A DNA stretch of 41,225 nt from Chiloscyllium plagiosum (lineage: Eukaryota). A program made the position numbers and the translations under genes. Positions 35,750-41,225 of this stretch are shown here, in pieces. Numbering within the stretch: the stretch's first letter is position 1; every line of letters begins with the position of its first letter. The notes below the pieces were generated by a model. That model saw nothing but the letters and a program-made list of their open reading frames with translations, was not told where the DNA came from and did no database searches. The stretch spans positions 1-41,225 of the forward strand of contig NW_025214654.1 in the NCBI RefSeq assembly GCF_004010195.1, in the 5' to 3' direction.

Positions 35750-37460
35750 AAAGTTAGGAATTAGGATAATCAGCTTCACTTGTCACTAAAAGGTTGTGAG
35801 TAAACTGTTGGGAATTAAGGGAAATTGTGAGAATCCGTTATTAATTAATTAACAACAGGGGATTTACAAAGTAAAACCTGAATACATCAGAATCAGCATG
35901 ATTTTTTTAAGAATTTGTTGGCTCGAATTTTTAAAGATGTTACAAGCAAAGTAGACCATAGGGATCCTGGAAAAGTAAAGTTCCCGGACTTTGAAAATGC
36001 GTTGATTAAACGCTGCACAAAATATTAAGCTGTAAACTAAGAGGACATGGGTTTGGGAGAAGGCTATTCACCTGGATAGAGGGCTGGTGAGCCAATAAAA
36101 TGCAGAGAGATGGAATAGTTGTTTCGTTAGTGTTTGGCAACTTCTGGAGTTCCATAGAGTTCAGACCACATGACCCGACAATTTACCATACATTGTATTA
36201 CTTGGATGAGAGGAGAGAAAACACGACAGCCACATTTTCAGTTGATACTAAAACAAGTGAAAAAGTAGGTTGATGTAATGAAGATGTAGAAAAACTACAA
36301 ATGGACATGAAAAGTTTAGATGAATGTGCCAACATCTGGCAGCTAAAATGTAACATGGATAATATGGGATTAAACATTTTGATCAGAGGAATTCAACATG
36401 TTATGGAAATGGAGAGCAACTTCAGAGTGCTTTCGTGCAGAGACATGTAGGTGCGCATGTACATACCACAGAAAACTCACATGCAGGTACAGCAGGGAAT
36501 GAGAAAGGCAAGTGCAATTGCAGCATTTACTTGTAAAAGAATAGAGTATAAAAGGAGGGAAGAAATACTGCAACTCTGCAAGGTATTAGTGAGAGGGAAA
36601 CTGACGTACTGTGTTCAGGGTTTATTGTCCTGACTGCAGGAGTGACATTGGTTCAACGAAGGCAGTTCAGAACGAGGACATTAGATTGATTCCAGAGATG
36701 AATTTGTCATTTGAAGCGAGTTTGAGCAGTTCAGGCCGATGCTCTCTGGGTTTAGAAGAATGAGAGGAGACCTCATTGAAGTCTGGAGGATGTTAAAGGT
36801 GATTGACAATGTCGGTATTGAGGGGACATTTCCTCATGTGGGGCAAACTAGAACAAGAGATCATAGTTTTAGGATTAGACCGAGCATATTTTAAACGGGC
36901 TGAAGAGATTTTACTTCTTTCAATGGGTTGTGACTCTGTGTAATTCATTGCCCTAGTGTTCAGGGGATGCTGGGACATTGAGTAAATGAATGGATATGGA
37001 GAGCAGGCAGGGAAATGGAACTGAGCCGGCGATGACATCAGTCATGATTGTATTCAATGGTGGAACAGGCTTGAGGGACTGGATTGTTCCTCTTTCTTAT
37101 TCAACCCTTCGACTGTGCTTCAAAGGAACGGGGAAGGACTGGTTTTCTATCAGGAAGCAGGCACTCCGGATAAATCAGTCTTAATAAGTTTGATAGAACG
37201 TAAGCAGTGGAGTCACACAGGGACCAGTGCTGCGTCCTCAACTCTTTACAATCGATGTCAATGATCAGGACGATAGAATAGATGTATACTACTAAGTATG
37301 GTGATGACACTAAGGTAAGCAAGACATTAAATTATCAACAGAATGATATCAACAGAATACTTTATCAAGTGGAATATAACGGAATGTACAACCTGCCAGC
37401 TTTTTCAGGAAGAATGAAAGGCAGTATGTTACTGAAATGGAGAGGGATTACACGTCATAG
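35750..37460 (+). mobile_element. two old CR1 fragments in tandem (block W', paralog of 11470-13260)
   Basis: Same CR1/CR1 junction: ttattcaacccttcga...agcaggcactccggataaatcagt versus 12841-12925. Confidence 0.85.
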
Positions 37461-37589
37461 TCATACAGTGTGTTCTGGGGAATTCACTATAACCCATTCA
37501 GATATGGGACATGTGGCTCCATCTCCCTGATGGTCTGCTCCTTGACATTCCCAGTGGTCCTATTGCTCTCAGTACACACAGGTTATTTC

Positions 37590-38510
37590 GATGTGGTTGG
37601 TTGGCAGTGGGGAATGGTGAGGGGGTGGGTGTTTTGAGGCGTGTATCAAGGGGACAGCCTTTAGCCAAGAGGATATACTTTCTTTCCGAATGAAGACCAA
37701 TGACGATTGGAATGGCTGACTGCTTCTGAATGAAGAAGCGGTGGCTGCTGCCAGTACAGTGAGTATTCACCAACACGATATACTGTGCATGGGCGCACTG
37801 TAACATTAATGGGGTGAGAGTTCCTTCAATTCCTCGAGCTCTCTTCATTAACATGGGAACCCCACAGAGCCATGTACATCATTGGGAATCCTGCTATACG
37901 GAGATTACACGGACAAACCCTGCAGTTCTCTGCTGAGAGAGAAAACCTTCACCTCATCCACCACATATATCCTACTTTTCCGAATCTTGATATTGATGGC
38001 GACATACTGGAAGATGATGGATATGTCACCTAGTCCTGCCTGGACAGTTCCAGAACATAGAAGCTGAATGAAATAGTGACCCCAACAGCCACTGGCAGCA
38101 TCGCCCTTTCCCAATGTGAAGCTGCAGATTGTGTTGAAGGAGGTGACACCGCTCTGTGACCAACTCCTTGTTCAGTCAGGGACCCCTCACAATCTGCTCC
38201 TGGGTTAAGTGTAGCTTGGGAAGCTGTTCCTGGAAATCTCGGGGTGGATACCGCAGATCCCTTTCCCCACATAAAAAACTGCGTGGTTTCAGAGCTTCCC
38301 TTCTCTGCAGCCTTTGCTCCATTTGTTGTTCATGTTACACACCCAGATGTTGTAACTACAGTCCCCATGCTCCATCCAGAATTGGGTCACCAAATCCTCA
38401 GGTCTCCCTGAATCGGAGGCAACTAACAGCACAACCTCCAGCAAACCATCCCCAGTCCCTCCACTAACTTTTCAATAGCAGTGGACAGTCAGAGGCCCCT
38501 CAGCTACAAG
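37590..38510 (-). mobile_element. Harbinger transposase remnant (copy C, most complete)
   Basis: MLPVAVGVTISFSFY / SGTVQAGLGDIS; VLVNTHCTGSSHRFFIQKQSAIP...ILLAKGCPLDTRLKTP resembles HARBI1-type VNARYPGSxHDAFIL...LLGDKGYPL..WLMTP. Confidence 0.8.
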
Positions 38511-39172
38511 TGTTATAGACCAGACCAGACCCCGTCAAAATATTTTAAGCAGGCAGCCTCGACCTTAACTTTTTCTTATTTTAAATGTAGATGTGAACTG
38601 TATGTTCCAGATGTGTAGCAACTGGTCAACCCACTCAACGTTAAGCAAAATGTAATCCATTCAAACGCTGTAGTTAAAATACAATCAAAGAGAAGAACAG
38701 TTTGTGATACCTTCTCTACAGGAACACCTATGCAAACAACAGATATGGTGCCTTCTACTAATTAACTGAGCGAATACGGGAACATCCCATAAACACCCCC
38801 CCCCCCTCCCCCGGCAAAACGGTAAATTCAGACACAAAATCTTGTGTGCAGTTCTTCAATCCAGGAGGAAGCAACTTTAAGAGAGTTTTCAGAGAGAATA
38901 GCAGCAAGGTATCATGTATTGACACTTCCAACCTTTCTGTGACACCAAACAGCTTCTGAATGCTGCAGTTCAAATCAAAACGAGAAGACCTGGTCTGTGA
39001 GAGCTCGGCGCTGTCCTTCCATTGTTCCCACCTTTTTAATAAAACCTAAAAGCCTTCTCAGTTATGTACTTAAGCTGTTTTCAGGCGGCAATTCGGCATC
39101 TCTTCCTTTAAGACCTAATTTCGTAAAAAAAAAAGAGAAAATAACCTTTTTTAAAATGACAGTATCGTCACA
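38511..39172 (-). repeat. 3' LTR (662 bp, TG...CA)
   Basis: Termini tgtta... and ...tcaca. The first 58 nt match 41168-41225 at 38/58 positions without gaps. Confidence 0.75.
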
Positions 39173-40857
39173 ACTCCCAGTTTGAAAAAAAAACATCAAT
39201 ATAAAAAGATGGCCTCATTTTAAAGCCTCTGTTCTTACTGTTTCAGTAGGTTACAATACGTATATATTTCATTGACACTAAGCATGCAAACATTCAAAAC
39301 TATTTCAGTCAGTTTACTTCTGCCACAGAATGCCTCTGTTTTTCTTCATCCAAGTCTCGACAACTTGTCAGCAAGTATGCTTTCTCGTCCTGTCACTTGT
39401 ATAACTTCCAAGTTGAATGGCAACAATGATAACTCTATCTGAACAGACTTGAAGTTTTCTTCCTAAAGACTTCACACGTTATGGGCAATGTAAATGCTGA
39501 AATGTTGTAATGCCAACACCAAGCTCAAGGCGTCCATCCCAATTGTTAAATATTTCTGTTGATGGTTCCATCGGACACTCCTACCACACGTTACATTATT
39601 GAGCACTTCTCATCTCTCCAATAGTCCTTCTGAATGAAATATCTCCTCATTCCTCAGCTTAAATGATTTACATGCTTCTGTGTCTCTTAATGCTCTAACT
39701 CTTTTTCCTGCTACTCCTGGTGTATGCCAATAAACCTTACACATAAGTATATATTTTAAGATCTTGCACATTTTTCCCAAGCCCTCCCAGAAGCCAAACA
39801 TTGATTTACAGACCAACTGATAATCATTAACCATTTCAGATTCTAATCATGACATTTCAACTCTCTATTCTTCCACACGAGTTCTCACGACTGCAGGAAG
39901 TGAGTTTTTGAACTCGTCCAAAGTAAGAATCTCTCTCACAGTTTAATAATACCTTGACTCACCTTTCAATATTCCTTTGTTTAATCCTTTCAACTCAATG
40001 TACGTTTAACCAGGGACGAAATTATAGATTCTAAAACACTGTCAGTAGGCTTCTGGCACAAGCTCATATACACTTCAGATGGCTTACTTCACCTCCTCAT
40101 ACTGACCAGATACCTCCTCCGATAGGGATGCAAATACCTCAGTTCTTATATCAACCAGCTTTGTTTGGATCAACTAAATCCACATGGTCACAGGTCAGTG
40201 CATCCGTTTAGGCACTTTCTCAAATGAAATTGAAAAGACTTCTACATCCTTCCCATGAAATGTAGACAATGCCTGGACATATTTAAACAGATCCCCATCA
40301 GGCCTTTGGCTACCATAGAGTTGCACATCCTCACTATCCTCCTCATCCAGCCTACCGTCTCCCTTCATCTTAACCCTGCTAAGTCGACTTTCCTCTCAAA
40401 TTGCGAACATTTGAAGTTGAAACTCTCTCGCTTTTTGCTTTTTTTCTTTCTTGTTTCTTCCTCTCCTTTTCTTTGAATTCTACTTTTAATCATATTTCAA
40501 ACTGTCTCAATTCCTTTTCGTGTTCAATCTGCCTTATCTGCAAATGAATTACAGCCATTTCCCAAGATTCTCATGTGTTTCCAACAAAATTTGAATGCCA
40601 AGCTACAGCTGTAATTATCTCTCCTTTTCTCACAGACAAATACAAACCCAACTCCAGCTTGTATGCTAATTCTAAAAGCTTTGCCTTGCTCACCTTTTGT
40701 AAAATCTCTAACTTCACTTCTACTACACCCAGACAAGTCTTTGAGACAGAAATAGCCATTGCTACACAAAGCACTGTACAAACCAACCAAATTCCACACC
40801 GAGACCAAAAGACACAAAACAAACAAAAGACGCTGCCTTTGAGCCCAAAACTCTCCC

Positions 40858-41113
40858 TGTGCACATTCTCCCCGTCCCCGCATTGGTTTTCTCCAGGTGT
40901 GCCATTTTCTTCCCACAGCCTAAAGAAATGCAGGTTAGGTGAAATGGCCAAGTTAAATTGCCCGTACTGTTCAACAATGTGTAGGTTAGTTGCACTAGTC
41001 AGGGGTAAATATAGAATAATGGGGAGGGAAATGCATCTGGGTAATTTACTTTTCGGAGGGTTGGTGTTGAGTTGATGGGCCAAATGACCTGCTTCCACAC
41101 TGTAGGGATTCTA
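40858..41113 (+). mobile_element. HE1-type SINE nested in the Gypsy leader
   Basis: gcacattctccccgt...tcccacag...tgcaggttaggtgaaatggcc...ttccacactgtagggattcta; homologous to 23687-23940. Confidence 0.85.
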
Positions 41114-41225
41114 ATCCTGAAGCCAATTTGGGATTATCGATTTCGAACCGGACAAGTGTCCCCAGTTTGCTGTGGAACAGAGCAGACTGAGCTAAAATAC
41201 TTTAAGATGGTTACCTGGACGCCAA

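Larger units (their letters stand above)
38511..41225 (-). mobile_element. internally deleted Gypsy LTR retrotransposon, Gmr1-like
   Basis: 5' LTR end at 41168-41225; PBS-like sequence at 41148-41164; gag from ATG at 40759 (MAISVSKTCLG...YELVPEAY...DEFKNSLP); protease LRDTEA; RNase H tail LSLVLALQHF...LADKLSRLG* ending at 39346; 3' LTR. Confidence 0.85.

Overview
This is non-bacterial DNA: a repeat-saturated stretch of a cartilaginous fish genome. The evidence is HE1-type SINEs, abundant CR1 LINEs and Penelope-derived 'gctggaaaagcgcagcaggtcaggcagcatcc' repeats, recalled as typical of bamboo/carpet sharks. No intact protein-coding gene, RNA gene or CRISPR array is visible, and nearly all ORFs in the track are spurious or transposon debris. 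The main contents are: many decayed CR1-group LINEs; one near-full-length L1-clade LINE (about 5150-11340) with a 630-bp internal tandem duplication; Penelope-like (GIY-YIG) remnants; short hairpin insertions with hammerhead-ribozyme-like cores and 14-bp target-site duplications; five minus-strand Harbinger transposase remnants; an internally deleted Gmr1-type Gypsy element; a probable solo LTR; and several satellites. The order of old repeats recurs, indicating an ancient tandem segmental duplication. A speculative, decayed minus-strand gene with an immune-type promoter may lie at about 21540-29150. All family assignments come from reading and translating by eye, without database searches, and most boundaries are approximate.
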